Part shown: positions 27,732 to 36,841 of the stretch, piece by piece | Numbering within the stretch: the first letter of the stretch is position 1 | Layout: the number at the start of each line of letters is the position of its first letter | Assembly (NCBI GenBank): GCA_902528485.1 | Contig: CABZTA010000002.1 | Span: 559 to 64,558 of the forward strand | DNA length: 64,000 bases | From: an uncultured SAR86 cluster bacterium | Lineage (GTDB): Bacteria; Pseudomonadota; Gammaproteobacteria; Magnimaribacterales; AG-339-G14 | Direction: 5' to 3' | Notes under the pieces: generated by a model | Databases searched by the model: none | The model's input: the letters and a program-made list of their open reading frames with translations, nothing else | What the model was told of the DNA's origin: nothing | Translations under genes and position numbers: made by a program

Positions 27732-28561
27732 GTATTTATATAGTTGGAGAGATAGGAATAAACCATAATGGAGACATTGAGATAGCAAAATCACTTATAG
27801 ATGAAGCTAAAGTAGCTGGAGCCGACGCTGTAAAATTTCAGAAACGAAATATAGATTTAGTTTATTCTAAGAGTACATTAGATGCTCTCAGGGATAGTCC
27901 TTGGGGAACGACTCAAAGAGAACAAAAACAGGGGTTAGAATTTAATCAAGATAACTATGAAGAGATTGATAATTATTGCAAAGAGAAAGAAATCGAATGG
28001 TTTGCTTCGGCTTGGGATCTCGATAGCCAAGAGTTTTTGAGAGGTTTTGATTGTAAAAAAAATAAAATTGCATCTGCAATGCTTATTTATGATGATTTAC
28101 TCCACATGGTTGCAGATGAAAAAAAACATACTTTTATTTCAACAGGGATGGCTTCAATGGATGATATTTCCAATGCAGTAAAAATCTTTGAGGATAAAAA
28201 TTGCCCTTTCGAACTTATGCATACTGTCTCTACTTATCCAATGGATGAAAAGAATGCAAATTTAAAAGTAATTGAAACTCTCAGAAAAAAGTTTAATTGT
28301 GACGTTGGATATAGTGGGCACGAGAGTGGTTTGGCTGTTTCTTATGCAGCTGCTGCTATGGGAATTACTTCTCTAGAAAGGCACATTACTCTTGACAGAG
28401 CAATGTATGGTTCTGATCAAGCAGCATCACTAGAACCCTCTGGTTTTAAGCAACTTATTGGGGCGGTAAGAAAAATTGAGCTTGCAATGGGAGATGGTGT
28501 TAAAAGGTTTATTGATGATGAGAAGCCTATTGCAGAAAAACTGAGAGAACATATTAATTAA
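27728..28561 (+). CDS. NeuB-family PEP-condensing ulosonic acid (phosphate) synthase, without the C-terminal SAF domain
   Basis: 277 aa. IVGEIGINHNGDIEIAKSLIDEAKVAGADAVKFQKR and GYSGHESG are NeuB signatures. The protein ends where the SAF/antifreeze-like domain of about 346-aa NeuB proteins would begin. Confidence 0.8.
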   Translation: MSIYIVGEIGINHNGDIEIAKSLIDEAKVAGADAVKFQKRNIDLVYSKSTLDALRDSPWGTTQREQKQGLEFNQDNYEEIDNYCKEKEIEWFASAWDLDSQEFLRGFDCKKNKIASAMLIYDDLLHMVADEKKHTFISTGMASMDDISNAVKIFEDKNCPFELMHTVSTYPMDEKNANLKVIETLRKKFNCDVGYSGHESGLAVSYAAAAMGITSLERHITLDRAMYGSDQAASLEPSGFKQLIGAVRKIELAMGDGVKRFIDDEKPIAEKLREHIN

Positions 28562-28575
28562 TATCAACTTCGTAA

Positions 28576-29325
28576 ATGAAAAACATTATTGTAAGCGGTG
28601 GTTTTGATCCTATCCACATTGGCCACCTTAGAATGTTTCAAGAGGCTAAAAAACTTGGAGATAATTTAATTGTTATTCTTAATAATGATAATTTTCTAAA
28701 AGATAAAAAAGGATTTATTTTTATGCCTTGCTCAGAGAGAAAAGAAATACTGGAGGGTTTTGAATGTGTTGATAGGGTTTTTACCTCAATTGATAAAGAC
28801 TCCACTGTAGTAGAGACAATAAGAGAAATAACTAAAGAAATAAAAATTCATATATTCGCAAATGGAGGAGATCGAAGGAGTGATCTTGACATCCCAGAAG
28901 CTAAAATTTGTTCGGAGCTTGGAATTGATCTTGTCTTTAATATTGGGGGAGGAAAAATACAATCAAGTTCTGATCTGGCAAAAATTGAAACAAAAAAGCC
29001 TTGGGGTAATTATCGAACATTTGAAAAAAGAAATGGTTATTTATCTAAAAGAATAACAGTTAATCCTAATCAGAGTCTTTCTCTTCAATCTCATAATGAA
29101 AGATCAGAATTTTGGATAGTAACTGAGGGAATCGCTACTGTTATCTGTGATGAAAAACAATTAACTTTGAATAAAGGTCAACACATTTTTATTCCATTGA
29201 AATCCAAACATAGATTAGAGAACAGAGAAACTAACGTTCTTGAGATAGTTGAGATCCAATTTGGCGACCATTTAAGTGAAGAAGATATAATAAGATATGA
29301 AGATCATTACGGAAGAGTGCCATGA
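28576..29325 (+). CDS. Fusion of an HxGH cytidylyl/adenylyltransferase domain with a type II phosphomannose-isomerase cupin
   Basis: N-terminal GGFDPIHIGHLRMFQEAKKLGD. The C-terminal PWGNYRTFEKRNGYLSKRITVNPNQSLSLQSHNERSEFWIV...EIVEIQFGDHLSEEDIIRYEDHYGR closely parallels the C-terminus of ManC/AlgA/XanB. Confidence 0.8.
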   Translation: MKNIIVSGGFDPIHIGHLRMFQEAKKLGDNLIVILNNDNFLKDKKGFIFMPCSERKEILEGFECVDRVFTSIDKDSTVVETIREITKEIKIHIFANGGDRRSDLDIPEAKICSELGIDLVFNIGGGKIQSSSDLAKIETKKPWGNYRTFEKRNGYLSKRITVNPNQSLSLQSHNERSEFWIVTEGIATVICDEKQLTLNKGQHIFIPLKSKHRLENRETNVLEIVEIQFGDHLSEEDIIRYEDHYGRVP

Positions 29326-30299
29326 ATGTTCTTGTTACAGGAGGATCTGGATTTATCGGATGCCATTTAATAAAAAATTTGCTGAATGAAGGTCATGCTG
29401 TAACTGTAATCGATAATTTTAGTACAGGTCGAAAAGAAAATCTTTCTGACTCTTTAAACAAAATAAAGCTAATTGAAGCAGATATTTCTATTCGAGGGGA
29501 ATGGTGTAAAGCATTTAAAAATATCGATTGGGTTGTCCATCTAGCTGCTCTTGCAGACATAGTCCCATCTATTGAGAAACCTAGTGATTATTTCGAGGCT
29601 AATGTCACAGGAACACTAAATGTTCTAGATGCATCTAGAAAATATGGAATAAAGAAATTAATTTATACTGCTTCTTCCTCTTGTTATGGGATTCCAGATA
29701 ATTATCCTACAACAGAAGATCAGAAAATTGATACTAGATATCCTTACGCCCTAACTAAATATCTTGGAGAGCAGCTTGTTCTCCATTACGAAAAAGTTTA
29801 TAAAATTGAATCAGTGTCTTTAAGGCTTTTTAATGTTTATGGTACTAAATCAAGAACTTCTGGGACTTATGGTGCTGTTTTTGGAGTCTTCTTAGCACAG
29901 AAACTTTCTGGAAATCCTTTCACAGTTGTAGGAGATGGTAAACAAACCAGAGACTTTACTTATGTTACAGATGTTGTTGAAGCTATAAAAAAAGCCTTGC
30001 TAGCTAAGATCTCAGGAGAAATTATCAATATTGGTTCTGACAATACTTATACAGTTAATGAACTTGTAAAACTATTAAAAGGGGAGGTAGTTTATATTCC
30101 AAAGAGGCCAGGAGAGCCAGATTGCACTTGGGCCGATATCACAAAAGCAAAAGAATTATTAGGTTGGAGGCCAAAAGTTTCATTATCCGATGGAGTAAAA
30201 TTGCTATTAGATGATATAAATTATTGGAAAGACGCTCCTGTTTGGGATGAAAGATCAATAAGTGTTGCAACTAAGAGATGGTTTGAATATCTGAGTTAA
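29322..30299 (+). CDS. NAD-dependent nucleotide-sugar epimerase/dehydratase (extended SDR)
   Basis: VLVTGGSGFIGCHL, ASSSCYG and YALTKYLGE motifs. 325 aa. Confidence 0.8.
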   Translation: MNVLVTGGSGFIGCHLIKNLLNEGHAVTVIDNFSTGRKENLSDSLNKIKLIEADISIRGEWCKAFKNIDWVVHLAALADIVPSIEKPSDYFEANVTGTLNVLDASRKYGIKKLIYTASSSCYGIPDNYPTTEDQKIDTRYPYALTKYLGEQLVLHYEKVYKIESVSLRLFNVYGTKSRTSGTYGAVFGVFLAQKLSGNPFTVVGDGKQTRDFTYVTDVVEAIKKALLAKISGEIINIGSDNTYTVNELVKLLKGEVVYIPKRPGEPDCTWADITKAKELLGWRPKVSLSDGVKLLLDDINYWKDAPVWDERSISVATKRWFEYLS

Positions 30300-30302
30300 T
30301 TT

Positions 30303-31823
30303 ATGTCTAGCAAAATTGTTCAATTGGAAACCTTGAAGAAAATAAGCTTGGATTTAAAAAAAGATGGGAAAAGAATCATTCATTGTCATGGTGTTTTTGA
30401 TCTTCTTCATATAGGTCACATTAAACATTTTTCTGAAGCAAAAAAGAAAGGAGATATTCTAATAGTTACTCTTACTTCAGATGAATTTGTGAATAAAGGG
30501 CCAAACCGGCCCGCTTTTAAAATTTCACATAGGCTTGAATCAATTTCATCATTGGAAGATGTTGATTATGTGGCTGAAAACAAATGGCCTACTGCTGAGA
30601 AAACAATCCAGATTATCAAACCTGATATTTATTTCAAAGGTCCTGACTATAAAGAAAATGAAAAGGATGTCACTGGCAATATAAAGAAAGAGATTTCATC
30701 TTTAAAAAAATATGGTGGGAAGATTGAATACTCAAAATCAATTACATTCAGTTCAAGTAATCTTATTAATAAATACTCAGATCTTTACAACGAGGATCAA
30801 AAAAATTTCCTAAAAGAAATATCTAATAATTTTGATGAAAACGATTTTCAAGAATCATTTAAAAAGTTTAGTGATTTAAAAATTCTTGTTATCGGCGAGA
30901 CAATTATAGATCAATATATTTTCTGTGAGACTATAGGGAAATCGGGAAAAGAGCCAATGTTGGTTCTTCGTGAACTGGAGTCTAACAATTACTTAGGGGG
31001 AGCTGCTGCTGTGGCAAATCATTTGAGTGAATTTTCAAATAATATTTCATTTTTAACTTGTATTGGTCAAGCTAATACACTTTCAGATTTCATATCTAAT
31101 AATCTAAATAAAAAAATTAAGGCCAAGTATTTGAAGAAAAAAGATGCCCCTACAATACTTAAGAAGAGATTTATTGACAAAGTTAGTGGAAATAAAACAT
31201 TAGGAGTTTATTCGCTAAATGACGAAAATCTTCAGCCCCCTCAAGAAACAGTTGTTCTGAATCATTTAAAGGACATTAAAAAATATGATTTAGTGATTGT
31301 CGCTGACTATGGTCACGGTTTCATAACTAAAAAAATAGCTAACTTTATCTCTAAAACCTCTCCGTTTCTTTCTTTGAATGCACAAATCAACTCATCCAAT
31401 AGTGGGTTTCATTCTTTAAATAAATATTCAAAATGTGATTCTATAATCATTAATGAAAGTGAGTTAAGACATGAAATGCGCAGCCGACAAGGAGATCTTA
31501 AAAAGTTGATGTTAAAGCTTTCTCAAAATCATCGAGCGAATTATATTGTTGTTACTAGAGGAAATAAAGGCTCTCTTCTCTTCAATAGTAAAAAGAATGA
31601 ATTTATTGAATGCCCAGCTTTTGCTTCTAAATTAGTTGATAAAGTTGGCTCTGGAGATGCAATGTTGCCCATTTTATCTATGTCTTTAAAATCTAAATTA
31701 AAAGATAATATATCATTATGGTTCGGATCTTTGGCAGCTGCCCAATCGGTAGAATCTATTAGTAATAGTAAATGTGTAGATAAAACTGAAATGCTTAAAA
31801 CAATCCAGCACGCATTAAAATAA
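30303..31823 (+). CDS. Bifunctional heptose-phosphate nucleotidyltransferase / PfkB sugar kinase (HldE-like with inverted domain order)
   Basis: The N-terminal CHGVFDLLHIGHIKHF...SDEFVNKGPNRP resembles HldE domain II. The C-terminal ILVIGETIIDQY...LGGAAAVANHL...VGSGDAM resembles HldE domain I. Confidence 0.75.
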   Translation: MSSKIVQLETLKKISLDLKKDGKRIIHCHGVFDLLHIGHIKHFSEAKKKGDILIVTLTSDEFVNKGPNRPAFKISHRLESISSLEDVDYVAENKWPTAEKTIQIIKPDIYFKGPDYKENEKDVTGNIKKEISSLKKYGGKIEYSKSITFSSSNLINKYSDLYNEDQKNFLKEISNNFDENDFQESFKKFSDLKILVIGETIIDQYIFCETIGKSGKEPMLVLRELESNNYLGGAAAVANHLSEFSNNISFLTCIGQANTLSDFISNNLNKKIKAKYLKKKDAPTILKKRFIDKVSGNKTLGVYSLNDENLQPPQETVVLNHLKDIKKYDLVIVADYGHGFITKKIANFISKTSPFLSLNAQINSSNSGFHSLNKYSKCDSIIINESELRHEMRSRQGDLKKLMLKLSQNHRANYIVVTRGNKGSLLFNSKKNEFIECPAFASKLVDKVGSGDAMLPILSMSLKSKLKDNISLWFGSLAAAQSVESISNSKCVDKTEMLKTIQHALK

Positions 31824-31841
31824 AATTAATTTTATATAACT

Positions 31842-32819
31842 ATGAATATTTTTGTTACAGGTGGAGGAGGATACGTTGGATCATCATTAGTTCCCAAACT
31901 TCTAGAAGAGGGGCATAAAGTTACTGTTTATGACTTGATGATTTATGGAGAAGATGTTTTGAATTCTCATCAAAATCTTAAATTAGTTAAAGGGGACTTA
32001 AGAGACTTGGATTTACTAAAAAAATCCATTCCTAATAATGATGCTTTAATTCACTTGGCATGTATTTCAAATGATCCAAGTTTTGAACTAAACCCTGATC
32101 TAGGAAAATCAATAAACCTTGATTCATTTGAGCCGCTAGTAAAAATTGCTGAAGACTCTGGAATTAAAAGATTTTTAAATGCTTCCTCTTCTAGTGTTTA
32201 TGGCGTGAAAGATTCTGATAATGTTTATGAGGAAATGTCTTTGGAACCCCTTACAGATTACTCAAAATATAAAGCTCAGTGTGAGGATATTTTGATCAAA
32301 TATAATTCTAATAATTTCATTACATCTACAATTCGTCCAGCAACTGTATGCGGCTATTCAAAAAGACAACGGTTGGATGTTGTAGTAAACATTTTTACGA
32401 ATATTGCTTTTCATAAAAAAAGGATAACTGTTTTCGGCGGCGATCAATTAAGACCTAACATACATATTGAAGATATGGTTGATGCCTATGTGGCCATGTT
32501 AAATGCCTCAGATGAACAAATTTCTGGGAAAGTATTCAATGCAGGAGATGAAAATAAGACAGTCTTAGAACTAGCTCAAATTGTTAAAGAAGTCATCGGT
32601 CCTGATGTTGAATTGATTAAATCAAAAACGGACGACAATCGTTCCTATCACATTTCTTCCGAGAAAATAAAAAAAGAATTAGGCTTCTCCTGTAGCAAAA
32701 CTATAAAAAATGCAGTTGAGGATCTTAATGATGCCTTTATCAATAACAAACTAACTGATCCTATTGATAATGAATATTATTTTAATATCAAAAGAATGCA
32801 GAATCTTAATCTCAAGTAA
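31842..32819 (+). CDS. NAD-dependent nucleotide-sugar epimerase/dehydratase (extended SDR)
   Basis: IFVTGGGGYVGSSL, ASSSSVYG and YSKYKAQCE motifs. 325 aa. Confidence 0.8.
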   Translation: MNIFVTGGGGYVGSSLVPKLLEEGHKVTVYDLMIYGEDVLNSHQNLKLVKGDLRDLDLLKKSIPNNDALIHLACISNDPSFELNPDLGKSINLDSFEPLVKIAEDSGIKRFLNASSSSVYGVKDSDNVYEEMSLEPLTDYSKYKAQCEDILIKYNSNNFITSTIRPATVCGYSKRQRLDVVVNIFTNIAFHKKRITVFGGDQLRPNIHIEDMVDAYVAMLNASDEQISGKVFNAGDENKTVLELAQIVKEVIGPDVELIKSKTDDNRSYHISSEKIKKELGFSCSKTIKNAVEDLNDAFINNKLTDPIDNEYYFNIKRMQNLNLK

Positions 32820-32821
32820 AA

Positions 32822-34405
32822 ATGCTCATAGGTATCGATTTTGATAATACGATTGCCTGTTATGACAAAGTTTTTCAAGAAGTTGCAAAAAATCAAAAAA
32901 TTGTAAATAAAAATTGGATTGGTAACAAAACCGATCTTAAAAAATTAATTTTAAAATCAAAAAAAGGAAAGGAACTTTGGATGAAAATCCAAGGAATGGT
33001 TTACGGCCAATACATGAAAAATGCAGAGATCATGGATGGCTTCGTAAATTTTTTAAAAGTAACAAAACTGCTCGATGTCGATGTTTGCATAATTAGCCAC
33101 AAGACAAAATATGGTCACTTTGATAAAAATAAAATAGATCTGAGAAAAGAAGCTTTAAAATGGATTAAAAAAAATAAAATTTTGGATGCAAATAAAGTCT
33201 ACTTTGCTAATACAAGGGAAGAAAAAATATCTCTAATAAATGATTTAAAATGCGATATTTTTATAGATGATCTTATTGAAGTTCTAGACCATGATAATCT
33301 AAATAAAGATATCAAAAAGATTCACCTATCCTCAAGAAATTCCTCAAAAATAATAAATTTCTCAAACTGGCATGATATAAAAAAAAATATTTTCAAAAAT
33401 GATGAACATTTTATAAAAAAATGTTTTGAGAAAAATTCAGAAAACAAAATTTTACAAATTAATCCTGTTAAAGGAAGAGGTAACAGTAAAGTATTTAAAA
33501 TTAAAACTAAAAATAAAAATTTTGCTTTGAAGTTATATCCAGATAAAAACTTAGATCATAGGAAACGACAACAGATAGAATTTGAAGCCTTAAATCTTTT
33601 AATGAGAGAAGGATTTAAAAATATTCCCTCGACAGAATTTAAAAATGACGAATTGAATATATCAGCATTTACCTGGATCGAAGGTAATGAGCCTAAAAGA
33701 CTTAACCAAGATCATATAAACCAAGCTGTAAAGTTTATAAAAAAACTAAAAAAAATCTCATTAAGGAATAATTTTAAAAATAAAAAAGCTTCCGAAGCTT
33801 GTCTTTCCTATAATGAATTAATTAGGCAAATTTCTCATAAGAAAATAAATCTATTAGATAAAAATAAAAATGAGAAAATACTAATAAAGTTTATTTCAGA
33901 GAAGTTATCTCCCATCTCAAAAGAACTCATTCGAAAAGGGAAAATTACCTGGCCTCAAGAATCTAGAACTTTAAATTTACAATGGGATAAAAGAATTTTA
34001 AGTCCTTCAGATTTTGGCTTTCATAATTCTTTGGTAACTAAAGATAAGAAGCTTTATTTTATCGATTTTGATTATTTTGGCTGGGACGATCCTGTAAAAC
34101 TAATAGCTGATTTTTATTGGCATCCTGGCATGGACTTAAATTCATCATTAAAGAAGTTGTGGTTAAGTCAAACAAAAAAAATTTTTATAGATGACGACAT
34201 TTTTTTTAGTGATCGTCTTCACGCATCATTGCCATTATATGGAATTAGGTGGGTCTTGATCATTTTGAATATATTTGATGATAATGTTGCTTCTAGAAGA
34301 CTTCATGCAAATAAAATAAGTAAAACCGAGCTGAAAGAAATAAAAAAAATACAATTAGACAAAGCTGATAAAATGCTCGACAAAATTCTAAATTTTAATT
34401 TTTGA
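32822..34405 (+). CDS. HAD-like domain fused to an aminoglycoside/choline-kinase-like phosphotransferase domain
   Basis: N-terminal DxDxT motif (IGIDFDNTIA). The C-terminus has a kinase-like nucleotide-binding stretch (GRGNSKVFKIKT..FALKLY) and a catalytic region (SPSDFGFHNSL ... YFIDFDYFGWDDP). Confidence 0.6.
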   Translation: MLIGIDFDNTIACYDKVFQEVAKNQKIVNKNWIGNKTDLKKLILKSKKGKELWMKIQGMVYGQYMKNAEIMDGFVNFLKVTKLLDVDVCIISHKTKYGHFDKNKIDLRKEALKWIKKNKILDANKVYFANTREEKISLINDLKCDIFIDDLIEVLDHDNLNKDIKKIHLSSRNSSKIINFSNWHDIKKNIFKNDEHFIKKCFEKNSENKILQINPVKGRGNSKVFKIKTKNKNFALKLYPDKNLDHRKRQQIEFEALNLLMREGFKNIPSTEFKNDELNISAFTWIEGNEPKRLNQDHINQAVKFIKKLKKISLRNNFKNKKASEACLSYNELIRQISHKKINLLDKNKNEKILIKFISEKLSPISKELIRKGKITWPQESRTLNLQWDKRILSPSDFGFHNSLVTKDKKLYFIDFDYFGWDDPVKLIADFYWHPGMDLNSSLKKLWLSQTKKIFIDDDIFFSDRLHASLPLYGIRWVLIILNIFDDNVASRRLHANKISKTELKEIKKIQLDKADKMLDKILNFNF

Positions 34406-34406
34406 T

Positions 34407-35234
34407 ATGCCCAATAAAATATCTAATCCACCTTTAGATGAAAGATCAAATTTCTTAAGAAGTCTTGTAGTCAGGGCTTTGCAAGGAGGTAACAGAGGTC
34501 ACATAGGATCCTCAATGTCCTTGATAGAAATTTTAAGAGTACTTTTTGATGATATTCTTAAATTTAAATCTAACGATCCCTCTTGGGAAGACAGAGATAG
34601 ATTAATTTTAAGTAAAGGACATGGCTGCTTAGCTTTGTATGCATTGCTTGCTGATAAAGAGTTTTTTAGTTTATCTGAGCTGGATAAATTTTGTCATAAC
34701 GATGGAATGCTCGGAGGGCACCCAGAAAGAAACAAAATTCCAGGAGTAGAGGCGTCTACCGGAGCTTTAGGTCATGGTTTATCAATAGGCGTAGGAATGG
34801 CTTTAGCCTGTAAAATTAGAAAAAAAAGTAGCAAGGTTTTCGTTATTGTTGGTGATGGTGAAATAAATGAAGGCTCTGTTTGGGAGGCAGCCATGTGTGC
34901 AGGAAATCATAATCTTGAAAATTTAATCGTGATGATTGATTATAATAAAATTCAATCTTATGGATTCACAAAAGAAGTCGCAGATCTAGAACCTTTAGTG
35001 GATAAATGGAAAGCATTTAATTTTAATGTTTCTGAGGTTGATGGCCACAATATAGAAGACATAAGATCTGTTCTTAAAAAAAAATCCTCTAAAAAACCTT
35101 TAGCGGTTATCTGTCACACTGTAAAAGGAAAGGGAATAGGTTTTGCTGAAAATGACCCTAAATGGCATCACAAATCCAACCTAGAGGATTCTGATATTAA
35201 AGACATGTATAAATCCCTTAAAGCAGAAATTTAA
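34407..35234 (+). CDS. Transketolase, N-terminal (ThDP pyrophosphate-binding) subunit
   Basis: 275 aa. GHIGSSMS, SKGHG, GALGHGLSIGVGMA and GDGEINEGSVWEA motifs of split transketolases. Confidence 0.88.
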   Translation: MPNKISNPPLDERSNFLRSLVVRALQGGNRGHIGSSMSLIEILRVLFDDILKFKSNDPSWEDRDRLILSKGHGCLALYALLADKEFFSLSELDKFCHNDGMLGGHPERNKIPGVEASTGALGHGLSIGVGMALACKIRKKSSKVFVIVGDGEINEGSVWEAAMCAGNHNLENLIVMIDYNKIQSYGFTKEVADLEPLVDKWKAFNFNVSEVDGHNIEDIRSVLKKKSSKKPLAVICHTVKGKGIGFAENDPKWHHKSNLEDSDIKDMYKSLKAEI

Positions 35235-35236
35235 AA

Positions 35237-36157
35237 ATGAGACCTACAAGCCTAAATTGTGTTTATGAACTAGCTCAAAAAGATGAAAGAGTAATTTTTA
35301 TAGGCTCTGATCTTGGTCCTGGAGTTTTAGATGATTTCAAAAAAAATATTCCAGAAAGATTTTTTATGGAAGGAGTAGCAGAACAACATATCGTTGGCAT
35401 GGCTGCTGGTATGGCACTGGAGGGTTTTATTCCTTATGTCAATACAATCGCAACTTTTCTAACAAGGAGATGTTTTGAACAAAATATGATTGATCTAGGA
35501 TTACACCGGACTAATGTGAGGTTAATTTCAAATGGAGGAGGTCTAGTTTATGCTCCTTTGGGGCCAACCCATCTTGCCATAGAAGACATATCTATAATGA
35601 GGACTATACCTAATATGACGATCGTTTCTCCAGCAGATGCCAATGAAATGAGGAGATTCATGATGCAGACAATAGATTATGAAGGTCCGATATACATTAG
35701 ACTGGCAAAAGGCTATGACCCAATAGTCACTCCAGATGATATTCCCTTTAAAATTGGAAAAGCTCTCAAAGTACAAGATGGTAACGATGTATTGTTAGTA
35801 ACTACTGGAATTACCTTGGGTATTGCCAAAGAAGTGTCTGATGTTTTAAAAAAAGAAAATATAAATTGCTCTATTCTTCACATGCATACTCTAAAGCCTA
35901 TTGATGAAGAAGCCCTAATCCAGTCATCAAACGAAGTTCAGTCAGTAATTACTCTCGAAGAACATACTATCGTTGGAGGCCTAGGAAGTGCATGTGCTGA
36001 ATTAATACTAGAAGAAGGTATAAACATCAAAAATTTTAAAAGGATTGGAATAAATGATCTCTTTCCATCTGGTTACGGTTCCCAAGCAGACATGATGAAA
36101 AGAAATGGTTTATCAGTTGAGAATGTTATTAGTACTATTAAAACTTTCAGTAAATAG
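35237..36157 (+). CDS. Transketolase, C-terminal (pyrimidine-binding) subunit
   Basis: 306 aa. FFMEGVAEQHIVGMAAGMA, GPTHLAIEDISIMR and a C-terminal transketolase-C domain. Confidence 0.88.
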   Translation: MRPTSLNCVYELAQKDERVIFIGSDLGPGVLDDFKKNIPERFFMEGVAEQHIVGMAAGMALEGFIPYVNTIATFLTRRCFEQNMIDLGLHRTNVRLISNGGGLVYAPLGPTHLAIEDISIMRTIPNMTIVSPADANEMRRFMMQTIDYEGPIYIRLAKGYDPIVTPDDIPFKIGKALKVQDGNDVLLVTTGITLGIAKEVSDVLKKENINCSILHMHTLKPIDEEALIQSSNEVQSVITLEEHTIVGGLGSACAELILEEGINIKNFKRIGINDLFPSGYGSQADMMKRNGLSVENVISTIKTFSK

Positions 36158-36169
36158 AGGAAGGAAATC

Positions 36170-36835
36170 ATGGGAAAATTAGTAAATTTTGTCACCTCGC
36201 TTCATCAGGCGACATCAAGAGATTATTTAGCAAGGATGATTGATGAAAAGGTCCACTGCATGCAAAAAGCGAAAGAATATGAAAAAGATTATTGGGATGG
36301 CGACAGAAGATATGGGTATGGAGGTTATAAATATCTTCCAGGTAGATGGAAGCCTGTAGCTGAATCTCTGATCGAGGAATATGAACTGGATAACGATTCA
36401 TCAATCTTAGATGTTGGCTGTGGAAAAGCTTTCCTCTTGCACGAAATCAAATTGATTTTGCCAGAAATAAAAATTAGTGGATTTGATATATCTAATCACG
36501 GTCTTGAATGCTCTAAAGATGAGATAAAAAAAGATCTATTTATTCACAAGGCACAAGAACTCTTTCCCTTCAAAGATAAAGAGTTTGATTTAGTCATCTC
36601 TCTAGGTTGCCTTCATAATTTAAGACTTTTTGAACTCGAGGTAGCTCTTAAAGAAATTCAAAGGGTGGGAAAAAATGGATATGTAATGCTGGAGAGTTAT
36701 AGAAATGAACTTGAACAATTTAATTTGCAATGTTGGGCCCTAACCTGCGAATCATTTTTTGACAAAGAGGAATGGATTTGGCTTTATAAACATTTCGGAT
36801 ACGAAGGAGATTACGAATTTATTTATTTCGAGTGA
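36170..36835 (+). CDS. Class I SAM-dependent methyltransferase
   Basis: SAM motif I ILDVGCGKAFLL and acidic motif II GFDIS. 221 aa. Confidence 0.75.
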   Translation: MGKLVNFVTSLHQATSRDYLARMIDEKVHCMQKAKEYEKDYWDGDRRYGYGGYKYLPGRWKPVAESLIEEYELDNDSSILDVGCGKAFLLHEIKLILPEIKISGFDISNHGLECSKDEIKKDLFIHKAQELFPFKDKEFDLVISLGCLHNLRLFELEVALKEIQRVGKNGYVMLESYRNELEQFNLQCWALTCESFFDKEEWIWLYKHFGYEGDYEFIYFE

Positions 36836-36841
36836 ATAATA

